64,000 bases of DNA from Nitrospirota bacterium (GCA_963663225.1 OY760142.1:416001-480000); one strand, 5' to 3'; positions 9,368 through 20,299 are shown, numbered from the stretch's first letter. The notes: a model not told the origin generated them from the letters alone. Numbers and translations are program-made.

Positions 9368-11893
9368 ATGAACTCTGGTCTGAATAAGGAGAATCGTTTA
9401 GCGATAGGGCAAACAGTAGGTTTCTATTTAGTCTTCACCGTAGCATGGATATACCTATTCGACGACATCATGGGGTTGTTCATACAGGATCCCGTCGTTT
9501 TAACCCGTTTCTCTTTTTTAAAGTGTCTTCTTTATATAATGATAACCGGCGGGTTCCTCTATCGACTCCTGTCCAGGTCTGCAGCAAACCGCCATTTCGC
9601 GGAACAGGAATTGCGCGAAAGCAACGACCGTTATTATTCTTTGTTTAATCACATGCTGAGTGGATTTGCTTCTTGTAAACTCCTCTATGATGACAAAAAT
9701 CAGCCGGTAGACTTCCTATTTATCAGTGTTAACGATGCCGCTGAAAAACTGACCGGACTTAAAAACCCAACCGGCAAAACAGCCTCCGAGATAATTCCCA
9801 GACACAACGAACTGAACCGCGACCTGTTCGAAATGTACGTCAGAGTCGCGTCGACAGGAAAACCGGAGAGTGTTGAGAAAGAAATCAAACCTCTCGGAAT
9901 TTGGCTTTCTCTTTCGGCTTACAGTACGGAACGAAATTTCTTTGTTATTATTTTCGACAATATAACCGAACGTATACTGGTGGAAGCCTCGCTCAGAAAA
10001 AGCCTGGGAATATTTCTGCAATTGACCTGCAATATCCATGACGTCTTTTGGATATCATCGATAGATTTCTCCGAGATAGTTTACGTCAGTTCCGCGTACG
10101 AAACAATATGGGGCCGCACATGTGGCAGCTTATATAACGACCCCAAATCTTTTCTTGATTCGCTGCACCCCGAAGACAAGGGCAGAACCATAGCTTCTCT
10201 CAAAGAAAACAGGGAACAGGAATATTTTGAAATTGAATACAGAATTCTGCGACCTGATAAGGCAGTCCGCTGGATACGGCAGCAGTTATTCCGAGTAAAA
10301 AATTCGGCGGGGATCCCCTACCGCTTTACCGGGCTTGCTGAAGACGTAACAGCCCGCAAACAAATGGAGATGGACCTGCTCGTGAGCGAAGGACGTCTCA
10401 AACTGGCTGCAACTGCCGGGCGCTTAGGCATCTGGGATGTGGACATCCAGACCGGTCGTTTAATCTGGGATGACAGAATGTATGAGATTTATGGAATCTC
10501 AAGGAATTCATTCGCCGGAACCATCGAAGCCTGGGAAAAAGTGCTCCATGCTGATGATCGCGAGCAAGCCATACAGCAAGGCCGGAAGGTCGGCGAAAAG
10601 AGTAATGATTATGAGACAGAATTCCGCATTTTGCACCCAAACGGTAATGTAAGGCATATCAAAGCGAACGGAACTGTGATCAGGGACGCTGAAGGCAAGC
10701 CAGTTCGGGTGATCGGAATAAACCGCGACATTACCGAAGAGAAAAACCTGGAATCAAATCTACGCCAGGCACAAAAAATGGGACTGGTCGGCAGACTGGC
10801 CGGAGGCGTAGCGCATGACTTCAACAATATACTCACCGCGATAATCAGTTATGGAAACCTTATCGATATGCGGCTTGATGAGCCAGAGCGTGTACAACAT
10901 TATGCCAAACAGATTATCGCCACATCTGAAAAAGCGGCGGATCTCACCCGGGGATTGCTTGCTTTCAGCAGACAGCAGACCATAAATCCCATACCAATCG
11001 ATATAAACAAAATTGTTGTAAATATGCAGGAGATTTTGGAGAGAGTTATCGGCGAAGACATTAAATTTAAAGTCAGGACGTTGAGTCATGATCTAATTGT
11101 AATGTCTGACAAAAGCCAGATAGAACAGGTCTTGATGAATCTTGCAACAAACGCACGCGATGCCATGCCCGAGGGAGGAACCTTGACGATCACCACCGAT
11201 GAAGGCGAAATAAATGAGCGATTCATACGGGCCCATCAATACGGCGCAGCCGGAAGATATGCGATCATTTCGGTCGCGGACAACGGAGTGGGAATGGATA
11301 AGATAACAGCTGAGCAGATATTCGAACCTTTTTACACGACAAAAGAGGTCGGCAAAGGCACCGGGCTCGGCCTGTCGATAGTCTACGGGACGGTCAAACA
11401 GCATAACGGCTTTATCAACGTCTACAGCGAACCGGGCATAGGAACCACCGTAAAAATATATCTGCCTCTGTTTGAAAGCGCCACGCCATCTGCACACACG
11501 AGGTCATACACTGAAGTATGCAAGGGCACAGAAACAGTTCTTCTTGTCGAAGATGATGAAGTGGTGCGAAATATTACGAAGTCAATGCTGGAAGAATTGG
11601 GATATAACATCATAGAAGCCGTTGACGGGGAACAGGCAATTAAACTGTTTCACAAAAACAAAGACAACATTCAGCTTGTCATATCCGATATGATTATGCC
11701 GAAGCTCAGCGGAAAAGATGTTCATCGCGAACTCAAAAAGATGAAACCGGGCATAAAAATATTATATATGAGCGGATATGCTGTTGATATGCTCGGATTG
11801 CCTGAGGAGGAAAAAGCAAGCTTCATTTCAAAACCGTTCGGACCTGATGCAATTTCAGCAAAAATTCGGGATGTCCTGGCTGAACGTGAATAA
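9368..11893 (+). CDS. membrane-anchored multi-PAS hybrid histidine kinase/response regulator
   Basis: 2 TM, three PAS/PAC domains, H-box GGVAHDFNN, N-box NLATNARDAM, G boxes GKGTGLGL, C-terminal receiver domain. Confidence 0.95.
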   Translation: MNSGLNKENRLAIGQTVGFYLVFTVAWIYLFDDIMGLFIQDPVVLTRFSFLKCLLYIMITGGFLYRLLSRSAANRHFAEQELRESNDRYYSLFNHMLSGFASCKLLYDDKNQPVDFLFISVNDAAEKLTGLKNPTGKTASEIIPRHNELNRDLFEMYVRVASTGKPESVEKEIKPLGIWLSLSAYSTERNFFVIIFDNITERILVEASLRKSLGIFLQLTCNIHDVFWISSIDFSEIVYVSSAYETIWGRTCGSLYNDPKSFLDSLHPEDKGRTIASLKENREQEYFEIEYRILRPDKAVRWIRQQLFRVKNSAGIPYRFTGLAEDVTARKQMEMDLLVSEGRLKLAATAGRLGIWDVDIQTGRLIWDDRMYEIYGISRNSFAGTIEAWEKVLHADDREQAIQQGRKVGEKSNDYETEFRILHPNGNVRHIKANGTVIRDAEGKPVRVIGINRDITEEKNLESNLRQAQKMGLVGRLAGGVAHDFNNILTAIISYGNLIDMRLDEPERVQHYAKQIIATSEKAADLTRGLLAFSRQQTINPIPIDINKIVVNMQEILERVIGEDIKFKVRTLSHDLIVMSDKSQIEQVLMNLATNARDAMPEGGTLTITTDEGEINERFIRAHQYGAAGRYAIISVADNGVGMDKITAEQIFEPFYTTKEVGKGTGLGLSIVYGTVKQHNGFINVYSEPGIGTTVKIYLPLFESATPSAHTRSYTEVCKGTETVLLVEDDEVVRNITKSMLEELGYNIIEAVDGEQAIKLFHKNKDNIQLVISDMIMPKLSGKDVHRELKKMKPGIKILYMSGYAVDMLGLPEEEKASFISKPFGPDAISAKIRDVLAERE

Positions 11894-12063
11894 TTCGTGC
11901 CGGCAGAGACATGTGCGAAGTATCCGGAAGATACTGCTGCCATCCAAAAAACCGGAAGCTCGATGTAGCGCATTCTCGTTCAGAACTGATAATATTCACA
12001 CCTGATTTCAGATACAGGTCCGGACCAATCGCGATACTTCATTAAAAGCTCAACGATGTCATC

Positions 12064-13311
12064 TCAATGGCCGTATTTTTCAGCGATGAATGCCTCTATG
12101 GTCTGGGCGCTCTTTTTTGAAAAATGAACAGCCTCAACGACGGTCTTGGCCCCGGTCACCACGTCGCCGGACGCGAAAACGCCTTCGCGCGTGGTCCTGC
12201 CGTGCTCATCCGTAAGAACCAGTCCGAACCTGTTTGTTTGTATGCCGCCGGTTGTTGAAACAATGTTGGCGCGGGGCCTCTGACTTACCGCAATGATGAC
12301 CGAATCAGCCTGAAACAACTCTTCCGTCCCTTCAATTTTTTCAATCGTGATATTTCCTGCTTCATCTTTTCTTTCTGCAGTAGATGCAAGAATAACCCCG
12401 TCCTCAACAATCTCGACCGGCACCTTGAAAAATTCGAACCTCGCCCCATCTATCTTGGCGTACTCGATTTCGAGAGGCTCAGCCGTCATGGTATCAGGAC
12501 TATGCCGGTAAATGATACTGACATCTTCGGCCGTCTTTCGAAGGGCGGTGCGCGCCACGTCAATGGCCACATTTCCCGCTCCTATAATTGCGATTTTTTT
12601 CCCGAGATCAAAGGCATCAGGGTTTTTCAGATAGTTTATAGCATAATGGACGTGACCGAGGCTCTCACCTTTGATACGCAGAGGGTTTGGGTTCCAAATC
12701 CCGGTTCCGATAAACGCAGCCTTATATCCGTCGCGAAACAGATCATCAAGCGTGAGGACAGGGCCGATAAGCGTGTTGGGACGAATCTTTATGCCGATTC
12801 TGAGAAGAATTTCCCGGTACTTGTCGAGCAGGTATTTCGGCAGCCGGTAATCAGGAATTCCGAAACGCATAATGCCGCCCACCTTGTCCTCGGATTCGAA
12901 TATCGTAATATCATATCCATGAAAAGCGAGTATGATGGCGACGGTAATGCCCGCCGGGCCGGAACCGATGATTGCCACCTTCTTGTTTTTGTTCTTTTTG
13001 CTTTTGTTCTCGACTTTATCGAGAAAATAGTATGAGATGTAGTATTCTATCGAACTTATCTGGATCGCATTGCCTGCTTTTGCAAGAACGCAGTTCTTTT
13101 CGCACAGCCTCTCGACAGGGCAGATCAGGGCGCATATGACTGAGAGAGGATTATTGACAAAAAGCATTTCGCCTGCCTCCTTGATCCGGTCTTCAAGCAG
13201 CTTTTGAATCATGGTTGGAATCTCCGTTTTTACCGGACAGCCCCGGTCGCGGCAGGGAGGCACCTTGCACTGCAGACATCTTTTCGCCTCTTCAATTATA
13301 TGCTTTGCCAT
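12064..13311 (-). CDS. GltD/SudA/NfnB-like FAD/NAD(P)-dependent Fe-S oxidoreductase (stand-alone)
   Basis: EAKRCLQC...CP and CALICP...CEKNC Fe-S motifs; GSGPAG and GAGNVAID Rossmann motifs; FASGDVVTG. Confidence 0.9.
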   Translation of the reverse strand: MAKHIIEEAKRCLQCKVPPCRDRGCPVKTEIPTMIQKLLEDRIKEAGEMLFVNNPLSVICALICPVERLCEKNCVLAKAGNAIQISSIEYYISYYFLDKVENKSKKNKNKKVAIIGSGPAGITVAIILAFHGYDITIFESEDKVGGIMRFGIPDYRLPKYLLDKYREILLRIGIKIRPNTLIGPVLTLDDLFRDGYKAAFIGTGIWNPNPLRIKGESLGHVHYAINYLKNPDAFDLGKKIAIIGAGNVAIDVARTALRKTAEDVSIIYRHSPDTMTAEPLEIEYAKIDGARFEFFKVPVEIVEDGVILASTAERKDEAGNITIEKIEGTEELFQADSVIIAVSQRPRANIVSTTGGIQTNRFGLVLTDEHGRTTREGVFASGDVVTGAKTVVEAVHFSKKSAQTIEAFIAEKYGH

Positions 13312-13754
13312 ATGCCCTTCCTTTATTAGAGGAATGATGAAAATATTTGCTTAACCAAATCCAATTTCCGATTTCACTCATTAATATAATAGCGTGTTTT
13401 TTATGAAACTGAGGGTACCTCTAACGACGAGATACCCCCAGTTTCATTACAAATATAGTGTTTAGATTTCTGATTCCTAAGGAGCAGAAATCAATGTCTT
13501 TATAGAATCCGTCGAAACCAGTATTTCACTTGTCTTATGCAAATTAACGGTATTTGCCAACAGATTGATCTTCTGGATGTTTTTTTTGAACTCCGTTAGA
13601 AAATCGTTAAGAAATTGTCCTTAAATAGTGCAGGGGTTACAGTTTTATCTGTAATTGCTTGGTGCGGTGCGCATCCGCTGATGACATTGGACAAGAAAAA
13701 GCATATAGTTAGATCATAATATATTGTAATCTTATTCTATAAGGAGTGTAACGT

Positions 13755-14615
13755 ATGTCGAAAAAAATATCGATTTCCCCGACTGGCTTTTCTCATACGA
13801 TGCTTCCAGTTGTGAATAAACCTGTATTTCGCATGGGTGTTGCCGGCTCCTATGGCATTGACTCAGCTGATATCAGATGGGCCGCTGATCAGGGGGTCAA
13901 TTACTGGGTATGGGGGAGAGGTTTCAGCAAAGTCACAGACGGAATCAGGGAGGTTATTAAACGCGATCGCGAAATCCACGTGGTTGGCTTGCTCGGGTGG
14001 GGATACTTCGGCTGGCAAGTGAGGCGCAGCGTCGAACATGCTCTGCGCATACTTGATACCGACTACTTGGATATTTTTAAGCTGGGATGGCTTGGCGTAT
14101 CGTCGATTTACAGCAAGGGAATAATAAACACCCTTCTCAAGCTCAAGCAAGAAGGTAAGATACTAAGCATTGGTACCAGCATCCATGACCGGAAGAGGGC
14201 CGGCAGTCTCGCGTCAGATTCCGAAATCGATCTCTTGATGATTCGATACAATGCAAAACACCCGGGAGCTGAACAGGATATCTTTCCCTACCTCTCAACC
14301 CGAAAACCAGCGGTAGTCAGTTATACGGCATTGGCTTGGGGGCAGTTGATCAGGCCTGTACGAGGAATCGTCATGCCAGCCTGGCCTGGCAGTGAGGGCT
14401 TCAATGGTCCGCCTCTTTCTCCTGAACTGTGTTACCGGTTTGTTTTGACTAATCCGAATGTGCATGTTGTACTGACCGGGCCTCAAAACCGGGCTCAGCT
14501 CAGTCAGAATATTTATGCATTAAGGCAAGGGCCATTGGAATTGGCTGAAATGAACTGGATCAGGCAGTATGGTCAATTGGTCAAATCAAAGAAAAGACTC
14601 GATTATGTAAAGTAG
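13755..14615 (+). CDS. aldo/keto reductase family protein
   Basis: SVEHALRILDTDYLD, LKQEGKILSIGTS, YRFVLTNPNVHVVLTG; AAGGAG RBS. Confidence 0.85.
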   Translation: MSKKISISPTGFSHTMLPVVNKPVFRMGVAGSYGIDSADIRWAADQGVNYWVWGRGFSKVTDGIREVIKRDREIHVVGLLGWGYFGWQVRRSVEHALRILDTDYLDIFKLGWLGVSSIYSKGIINTLLKLKQEGKILSIGTSIHDRKRAGSLASDSEIDLLMIRYNAKHPGAEQDIFPYLSTRKPAVVSYTALAWGQLIRPVRGIVMPAWPGSEGFNGPPLSPELCYRFVLTNPNVHVVLTGPQNRAQLSQNIYALRQGPLELAEMNWIRQYGQLVKSKKRLDYVK

Positions 14616-14727
14616 TCGCAACTATCTATGGCAAAATTGAAAGCCATGCTTTTTTCTGTTGTCTTACGAGAAATGAGCGTGAGTAATTTAAAATATAAAG
14701 ACAGAGCAGCCGCTCTTCTTTGAAGAA

Positions 14728-14766
14728 CCCGATTCTACACCTGATACAATAACTGGGAGGAGGTCA
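14728..14766 (+). mobile_element. solo IS3-family terminal inverted repeat
   Basis: Reverse complement TGACCTCCTCCCAGTTATTGTATCAGGTGTAGAATCGGG closely matches the IS end at 16909 (TGACCTTCCCCCAGTTATTGTACCAAGTGTAGAGTCGG). Confidence 0.7.
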
Positions 14767-14844
14767 GGGCTACAGCAAATGCTGTAACCCCTTGAGTGAA
14801 TTGATAGTGGGAGCTATTTGAACCGATGGCCTTCAGGTTATAAG
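14767..14844 (-). pseudogene. strongly decayed 3' half of tRNA-fMet plus its terminator hairpin (att-site remnant)
   Basis: Reverse complement CTTATAACCTGAAGGCCATCGGTTCAAATAGCTCCCACTATCA followed by GGGGTTACAGC..GCTGTAGCCC; parallels 16647-16727. Confidence 0.65.
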
Positions 14845-15037
14845 CGCGCTAAACGGTAGTTTTACAAAATCTTGATTTGCGCCTGGTTTCCCGTTTTGCA
14901 TTCATAATCAGCTAGTTGCCAGCCTTACGATGTTTTGCCCATATTGATAATTGCGTCTTTTTTGATATTTTTTATCACATTCATATTTATATTTTTTTAC
15001 ACAAACTGCCAACTCCTTCACATCGGCATTAACAGAC

Positions 15038-15201
15038 CTACCTTTTTACCGTCACGACCGACATAGGGGTCGTACCTGGGCTGAAGTTGCCGGTAAATGA
15101 CAATGTACCGCTAACAGTATTTGAGTAACCATTCGCCGCATAGAGGAACTTGCCGCTCGGATCTACGGTTACTGAATACTGTAAAGAAAGTTTCTTTTCA
15201 T
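15038..15201 (-). pseudogene. internally deleted, frameshifted paralog of the neighbouring beta-propeller lipoprotein
   Basis: Starts MKRNFLYS after AGGAG (neighbour starts MKKNFLYS), then jumps out of frame into YSVTVDPSGKFLYAAN and a last-blade-like C-terminus. Confidence 0.75.
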
Positions 15202-15263
15202 TGAGTTTGTCTCCTGTAAACACCGCATACGTTTCCTCTCCGTTCACCTTCTATTCCGCTGGC

Positions 15264-16382
15264 CTATTTTTTCCCTGTCGCAATAAAAACTGGACATACA
15301 CCAGCACTGTAGTTGGCACTAAGTGACAACGCTCCGGTAAAATTATTTATTTGATAGAGAGAAACAGTACCTGCGTAATTCGCTACATAGACGAACGTGC
15401 CGATTGGGTCTATGGTGGTTATGGAAATAGGATATGTACCAGCGCTAAAAGGGCTCCCGGTAATTTCTGTTAATGCACCGGTTGCGGAGTCTATCCTATA
15501 CGCCGAAATATTATTTGAATTAAAATTCGCTACATAGACGAACGTGCCGGTCGGGTCTACGGTTACTGATTGAGGAGACGTACCGGCGCTAAATGGGCTG
15601 CCGGTAATTGCTGTTAATGCACCGGTTGTGGAGTCTATCGCGTACGCGGAAACAGTATTTGGACCAGCATTCGCCACATAGACGAACTTGCCGCTCGGGT
15701 CTACGGTTACTGAATATGGACTATCTCCAGTGCTAAACGGACTGCCGGTAATTGCTGTCAATGCACCGGTTGTGGAATTTATCGTATACGCGGAAATATT
15801 ATTTGAGTCATAATTCGCCGCATAGACGAACTTGCCGCTCGGGTCTACGGTTATTGACCGAGGACCATTTCCAGCACTAAACGGACTGCTGGTAATTGCT
15901 GTTAATGCACCGGTTGTGGAATTTATCGTATACGCGGAAATATTACTTGTTAAAGCATTTCCTACATAGAGGAACTTGCCGGTCGGGTCTACGGTTACTG
16001 AATGAGGGTTAGTATAAGCACCAGCATCAAACGGGCTCCCAGTAATTTCTGTTAATGCGCCGGTTGTGGAATTTATCGTATACGCGGAAATATTATTTGT
16101 GCCCAAGTTCGCCACATAGACGAACTTGCCGGTCGGGTCTACGATTACTGATTGAGGAATCATACCAGCGCTAAACGGACTGCCGGTAATTGCTGTTAAT
16201 GCACCGGTTTTGGAATTTATCGTATACGCGGAAATATTATATGAGTCTTGATTCGCCACATAGGCAAAATATTTTGAACTGCTGCTGGTACTGCTGCTGG
16301 TACTACCGCCGCCGTTGCTGCAGCTTAATATGCCGATTAAAACAAAAATACCAATAAGGCTGTAGAGAAAGTTTTTTTTCAT
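15264..16382 (-). CDS. lactonase-family 7-bladed beta-propeller lipoprotein built from near-identical tandem repeats
   Basis: Lipobox ILSC, Ser/Gly linker, about 7 repeats of 46-48 aa (KFVYVAN..NISAYTINSTTGALTAITGSPFSAG..P.SVTVDP) also visible at DNA level. Confidence 0.9.
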   Translation of the reverse strand: MKKNFLYSLIGIFVLIGILSCSNGGGSTSSSTSSSSKYFAYVANQDSYNISAYTINSKTGALTAITGSPFSAGMIPQSVIVDPTGKFVYVANLGTNNISAYTINSTTGALTEITGSPFDAGAYTNPHSVTVDPTGKFLYVGNALTSNISAYTINSTTGALTAITSSPFSAGNGPRSITVDPSGKFVYAANYDSNNISAYTINSTTGALTAITGSPFSTGDSPYSVTVDPSGKFVYVANAGPNTVSAYAIDSTTGALTAITGSPFSAGTSPQSVTVDPTGTFVYVANFNSNNISAYRIDSATGALTEITGSPFSAGTYPISITTIDPIGTFVYVANYAGTVSLYQINNFTGALSLSANYSAGVCPVFIATGKK

Positions 16383-16646
16383 TGAGCTTATCCCCTTTTT
16401 TCAGCTCCCCTATTCAAAATTAGCTTCTGGCAAAGCTGTGCAGAGCTATAATACCGTTACATTTGCTATATTACCATAGTATTACAGATATGCTTAACAA
16501 AAATATTCTTTTCTTAATATTTTTATAAGTGTTGCAATTTGTTGATTTGAGGCGTTTTCGTTAGCTATTACTGGTGAATTTGGAGAAAAGGTAACTTATT
16601 TTAGAAAAAGCTATGGGGATTTACACAGAGGTAACACATCAAAAGA

Positions 16647-16727
16647 AAAGGAGCTACAGCAAAAGCTGTAACCCCTTGAATTGATTGGTAGCGGGGGCCT
16701 TTGAACCGACGACCTTCGGGTTATGAG
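16647..16727 (-). pseudogene. 3' half of initiator tRNA-Met with a 3-nt T-arm deletion, plus terminator (att-site remnant)
   Basis: Reverse complement of 16686-16727 is CTCATAACCCGAAGGTCGTCGGTTCAAA-GGCCCCCGCTACCA: CAT anticodon, T-loop and CCA present, TCC missing, 5' half absent. Followed by hairpin GGGGTTACAGC-TTTT-GCTGTAGCTCC and a T run. Confidence 0.85.
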
Positions 16728-16908
16728 TTCTGCTTAAAATGCTAATATTTTAGCGCAATATCAATACGTTATAATATTTTGGTGGAATTTACTTACACTT
16801 TTAATGCCATTTTATTATATGAATTTTTATATTTTTTTTTGTGTTTCGTTGTTGTGCTTTATTTACTAAAAGCGAAACATAAAAATGCAATTAATACCTA
16901 TCCTGAAT

Positions 16909-17969
16909 TGACCTTCCCCCAGTTATTGTACCAAGTGTAGAGTCGGACTTTTTCATATTTTTGATCTGAATTGCTTCTGGGGCCGGAGGCCAGTAACCCA
17001 GAGCACTATGTGGACGGATCTGATTATACTCTTTATACTCTCGCCGCCACATCTCACTCAAGACTTCTGCCTCTCTTATTGTCGTAAATATCTCTCGATT
17101 GAGAAGTTCATCCCGCAGTTTTCCGTTGAACGATTTGATGTAGCCGTTTTCCCAGGGGCTGCCTGGTTAAATAAAAAAGGTTTTGACCCCGACTCTGGAC
17201 AACCACTCCCGAACTGCCGTTGTCGTAAACTCCGAACCGTGATCAGAACGTATATGCTTGGGTACTCCTCGCATGATGAACAGATTGTAAAGCTGACTCA
17301 AAAAATCCTGGGCCGTAAGATGCCTGTTTACTACGATACTTAAATACTCCATTGTGAATTCGTCAATAATATTCAGTATGCGGATTGGACTGCCATTGGC
17401 AAGCCTCGCAGCCACAAAATCATAGCTCCAAATATGGTCTTTGTACTGAAGGCGAAGCCTGATGCAGGAGCCGTCATTAAGCCAGAGTCTATCGCGTTTC
17501 GGAGATGATCGTTAAATATTTTTGTGTTGATCTCGACTGACCTATAGTTCGGCAAACGCGCCGTTCTGAATACCAGAGGACTTGACGCACATGCTCTACG
17601 GCCCGGCCCCTACTGGCCGGGCTCAAAAGTTTCACTTCGTTACCTCGTTCAATATCTGATTGTCAATGAAAAGGTCGGTCACCAGCTTCCGGAGGCGGGT
17701 ATTCTCCTTCTCCAGATCCTTCATCCGTTTGGCCTCCGCTATCTGCATACTGCCATATAACTTGCGCCACCGATAAAACGTTACATCCGTCTTCTTGCAC
17801 ACCTTCCACAAAAGATGCGCCTTTGCTCAAGAGGAGCTCTGCCTCTCTGAGCATTCCCGACGATTTGCTCGTGGGTATACCTCATTCTCTCATCCATGAT
17901 TGCTCTCCCACTGGTTTATGTCACCATAGGTCCGACTCTCTGAGTGGTACTGTTTTCTGGGAGAGGTCA
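16909..17969 (-). mobile_element. degenerate IS3-family insertion sequence
   Basis: About 40-bp imperfect terminal IRs with TG...CA ends; fragmented orfA (YTHEQIVG/MLREAELLLSKG) and orfB rve fragments (ILNIIDEFT, PKHIRSDHGSEF); frameshifts and deletions; no clear target duplication. Confidence 0.9.
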
Positions 17970-18009
17970 GTTTTGATCCTGGGATTCAAGTAGTTTTTTC
18001 ACCACTTTC

Positions 18010-18513
18010 TTATCCCGACGCTTCAGCTATATTCTGCTGATTTGTTTTTATCACGATGAGTTCGTCAAGACAAAACACTTTATCGATATCGAGAAGGAGA
18101 ATAAAACCATCACCTCGTTTTCCCATGCCTTTAATAAAGTCATTATTAACTTGGGAGCCGACCTTTGGATTCGGTCTGAAATCATCTGGCCCAAGATCAA
18201 TTACCTCTTGTACGGAATCTGCAAGCATTCCGACTATGATACTATCTCCGCTCAGAATAACCTCGCTTATAATAATGCATGTGTTTACCGTTTGTTCTGT
18301 CTTACTCATCTCGAATTTGAGCCTAAGATCTATAACTGGTACGACGCTACCTCGAAGATTTATTACTCCTCGCATGTAATCAGGAGTTCTCGGCACCTTA
18401 GTAACCGTTGTAAAATCCAGAACTTCTCGCACTTTCGCGATGTCAATGGCAAATACTTCTTGATCAAGCTTAAATGTTAAGTACTGGTCTATAGTTGTGG
18501 TAGATACGTCCAT
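18010..18513 (-). CDS. cheW: chemotaxis coupling protein CheW
   Basis: QYLTFKL, GVINLRGSVVPVIDLR, GMLADSVQEV; AAGGAG RBS before MDVST. Confidence 0.95.
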   Translation of the reverse strand: MDVSTTTIDQYLTFKLDQEVFAIDIAKVREVLDFTTVTKVPRTPDYMRGVINLRGSVVPVIDLRLKFEMSKTEQTVNTCIIISEVILSGDSIIVGMLADSVQEVIDLGPDDFRPNPKVGSQVNNDFIKGMGKRGDGFILLLDIDKVFCLDELIVIKTNQQNIAEASG

Positions 18514-18589
18514 AATTCTCTCCTTTTGAGATATCGAAAGGACCAGATCCATCCATCGTATATCTTGTGTTTGCCCTTACTCGAAAAAC

Positions 18590-20299
18590 TCAGAATTTTT
18601 CGAACTCAGCATCCCTTGAATCTCCATTACTCTTAGGCATGCTGATTACGGCGCCTGCTGGTTGAATTTGAGCTCGAGCTGGCACTTTTATACCAGTATC
18701 AGCTATTTTGACAATTTCCTTGTTCGTACTGGTAATGATAGATGTATCTTCTATTTTTTTTCTAGCCCCTAATTTCAGCTTTTTGTCGGCAGCATTGTCG
18801 ATATTAAAAAAAGAAATCGTATTCAACAACTGTTCCGATTGAGAAGAAAGTTCTTCTGCCGTAGACGCCATTTCCTCAGCCGCACCGGCATTTTGTTGTA
18901 TCACTTGATTTAACTGCTGTATAGCAGAATTAATCTGATCCGAACCGCTCGATTGCTCCTTTGATGCAGCATTTATTTCTTGCACAAGTTCAGCCGTTTT
19001 CTGAATATCCGGTACTAACTTTGTCAACATCTCACCAGCTTTTTCTGCGACTTCGACGCTGTTTGTAGACAGAGTACTGATTTCAGCTGCGGCCACTTGG
19101 CTACGTTCTGCTAGTTTTCTGACCTCCGATGCAACGACTGCAAACCCCTTTCCATGTTCTCCTGCTCTGGCCGCTTCTATGGCGGCATTCAACGCCAGTA
19201 GATTCGTCTGACGAGCTATTTCTTCGATGATTGCTATCTTGCTGGCTATATTCTTCATTGCTTCCACTGTTTCTGACACAGCCTTGCCGCTTTCCTTGGC
19301 ATCTTCTGCGCTTTTTAATGCTATCTTTTCAGTCTGTTGTGCATTTTCAGAATTCTGCTTGATCGTTGCGTTCATTTCTTCTACTGAAGATGAAGCCTCT
19401 TCCGCTGCAGCTGCTTGCTCAGTTGTACCTTGGGACATTTGTTCAGAACCTGCTGAAAGTTGTTGACTGCCAGAGGCTACATTATCGGCTGCAGTCTTTA
19501 CATCAGTCGTCACCAGTTTCAGCTTATCGACCATATCATTCATCGCGGCTGATAGTTGACCTATTTCATCTTTTCGTGCTATATCTATTTTTTGCATAAG
19601 ATCGCCCTTGGCGACAGCACTCGCGAAATCAACTCCCTTCTTAAGCGGTGCACTGATCATTCGGGATATAAAAACTCCTAATACAACAGCAACAATCAGA
19701 CCGACAAGAGTAACGGCTATTATTGTTTTCGTGACGAAACTTGATAACGCGGCATCAGCCTCTTTTGCTTGGCTTCCAACTTTTCGCTTCATATCAACCA
19801 TTTTAGCTATAGCATCATTCTCGGCTTTCGCGAGAGCAACAACTTCTCCGTTCATAAGTGCGTATGCTTCTGCTTTTTTCCCGTCCAAGGCGAGCCCTTC
19901 TAGCCTTTCGAATACAGGAGCATAATTACCTCTGGCATGAACGTATTCGTCAAATATTGCTTGACCTTCTTTAGTCAAAATAGTTTTTTGAAAACTATCT
20001 GATGCCTTAGTCATTGCATCCCTGTTGGCTTGCAGCTTGTCTCTTAGTTTTTTCCTCTCCTCTGACGTGTTTGCCTGAACCAAATCCCGCACATTAACTC
20101 TCAACATCTGGAATTCCGTTGATATAGTGACCAAGTCGCTTATTGGTACGGTAACGTGTGTGTATAACCTATCTCCTGAATCTTCCAATTTTTTTATGTT
20201 AATTACTCCAATCACACCAATCAATGTTCCGATCAAGGCAACTGCAATAAAACCGCCCAAAAGCTTAACACTTACTTTCATATTTTCGAACCACTTCAC
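18590..20299 (-). CDS. methyl-accepting chemotaxis protein (TM-4HB-TM-HAMP-signalling domain)
   Basis: [40 protein letters not shown]; C-terminal pentapeptide-like EFEKF. Confidence 0.96.
   Translation of the reverse strand: MKWFENMKVSVKLLGGFIAVALIGTLIGVIGVINIKKLEDSGDRLYTHVTVPISDLVTISTEFQMLRVNVRDLVQANTSEERKKLRDKLQANRDAMTKASDSFQKTILTKEGQAIFDEYVHARGNYAPVFERLEGLALDGKKAEAYALMNGEVVALAKAENDAIAKMVDMKRKVGSQAKEADAALSSFVTKTIIAVTLVGLIVAVVLGVFISRMISAPLKKGVDFASAVAKGDLMQKIDIARKDEIGQLSAAMNDMVDKLKLVTTDVKTAADNVASGSQQLSAGSEQMSQGTTEQAAAAEEASSSVEEMNATIKQNSENAQQTEKIALKSAEDAKESGKAVSETVEAMKNIASKIAIIEEIARQTNLLALNAAIEAARAGEHGKGFAVVASEVRKLAERSQVAAAEISTLSTNSVEVAEKAGEMLTKLVPDIQKTAELVQEINAASKEQSSGSDQINSAIQQLNQVIQQNAGAAEEMASTAEELSSQSEQLLNTISFFNIDNAADKKLKLGARKKIEDTSIITSTNKEIVKIADTGIKVPARAQIQPAGAVISMPKSNGDSRDAEFEKF

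Noticed and set aside
13402-13448. Inverted repeat ATGAAACTGAGGGTA...TACCCCCAGTTTCAT as a riboswitch or mobile element
   Set aside because: Single hairpin with no family motif and no second copy in the window; function cannot be assigned.
15038-16382. Diversity-generating retroelement (template and variable repeat) or CRISPR array
   Set aside because: Repeats are in-frame protein blades, differences are not adenine-specific, and there is no reverse transcriptase, cas gene or spacer pattern.
16686-16727. Functional tRNA-Met gene
   Set aside because: The 5' half (acceptor strand and D arm) is missing and the T stem has a deletion.
17008-17343. 111-aa plus-strand ORF
   Set aside because: Antisense to the IS3 transposase remnant.
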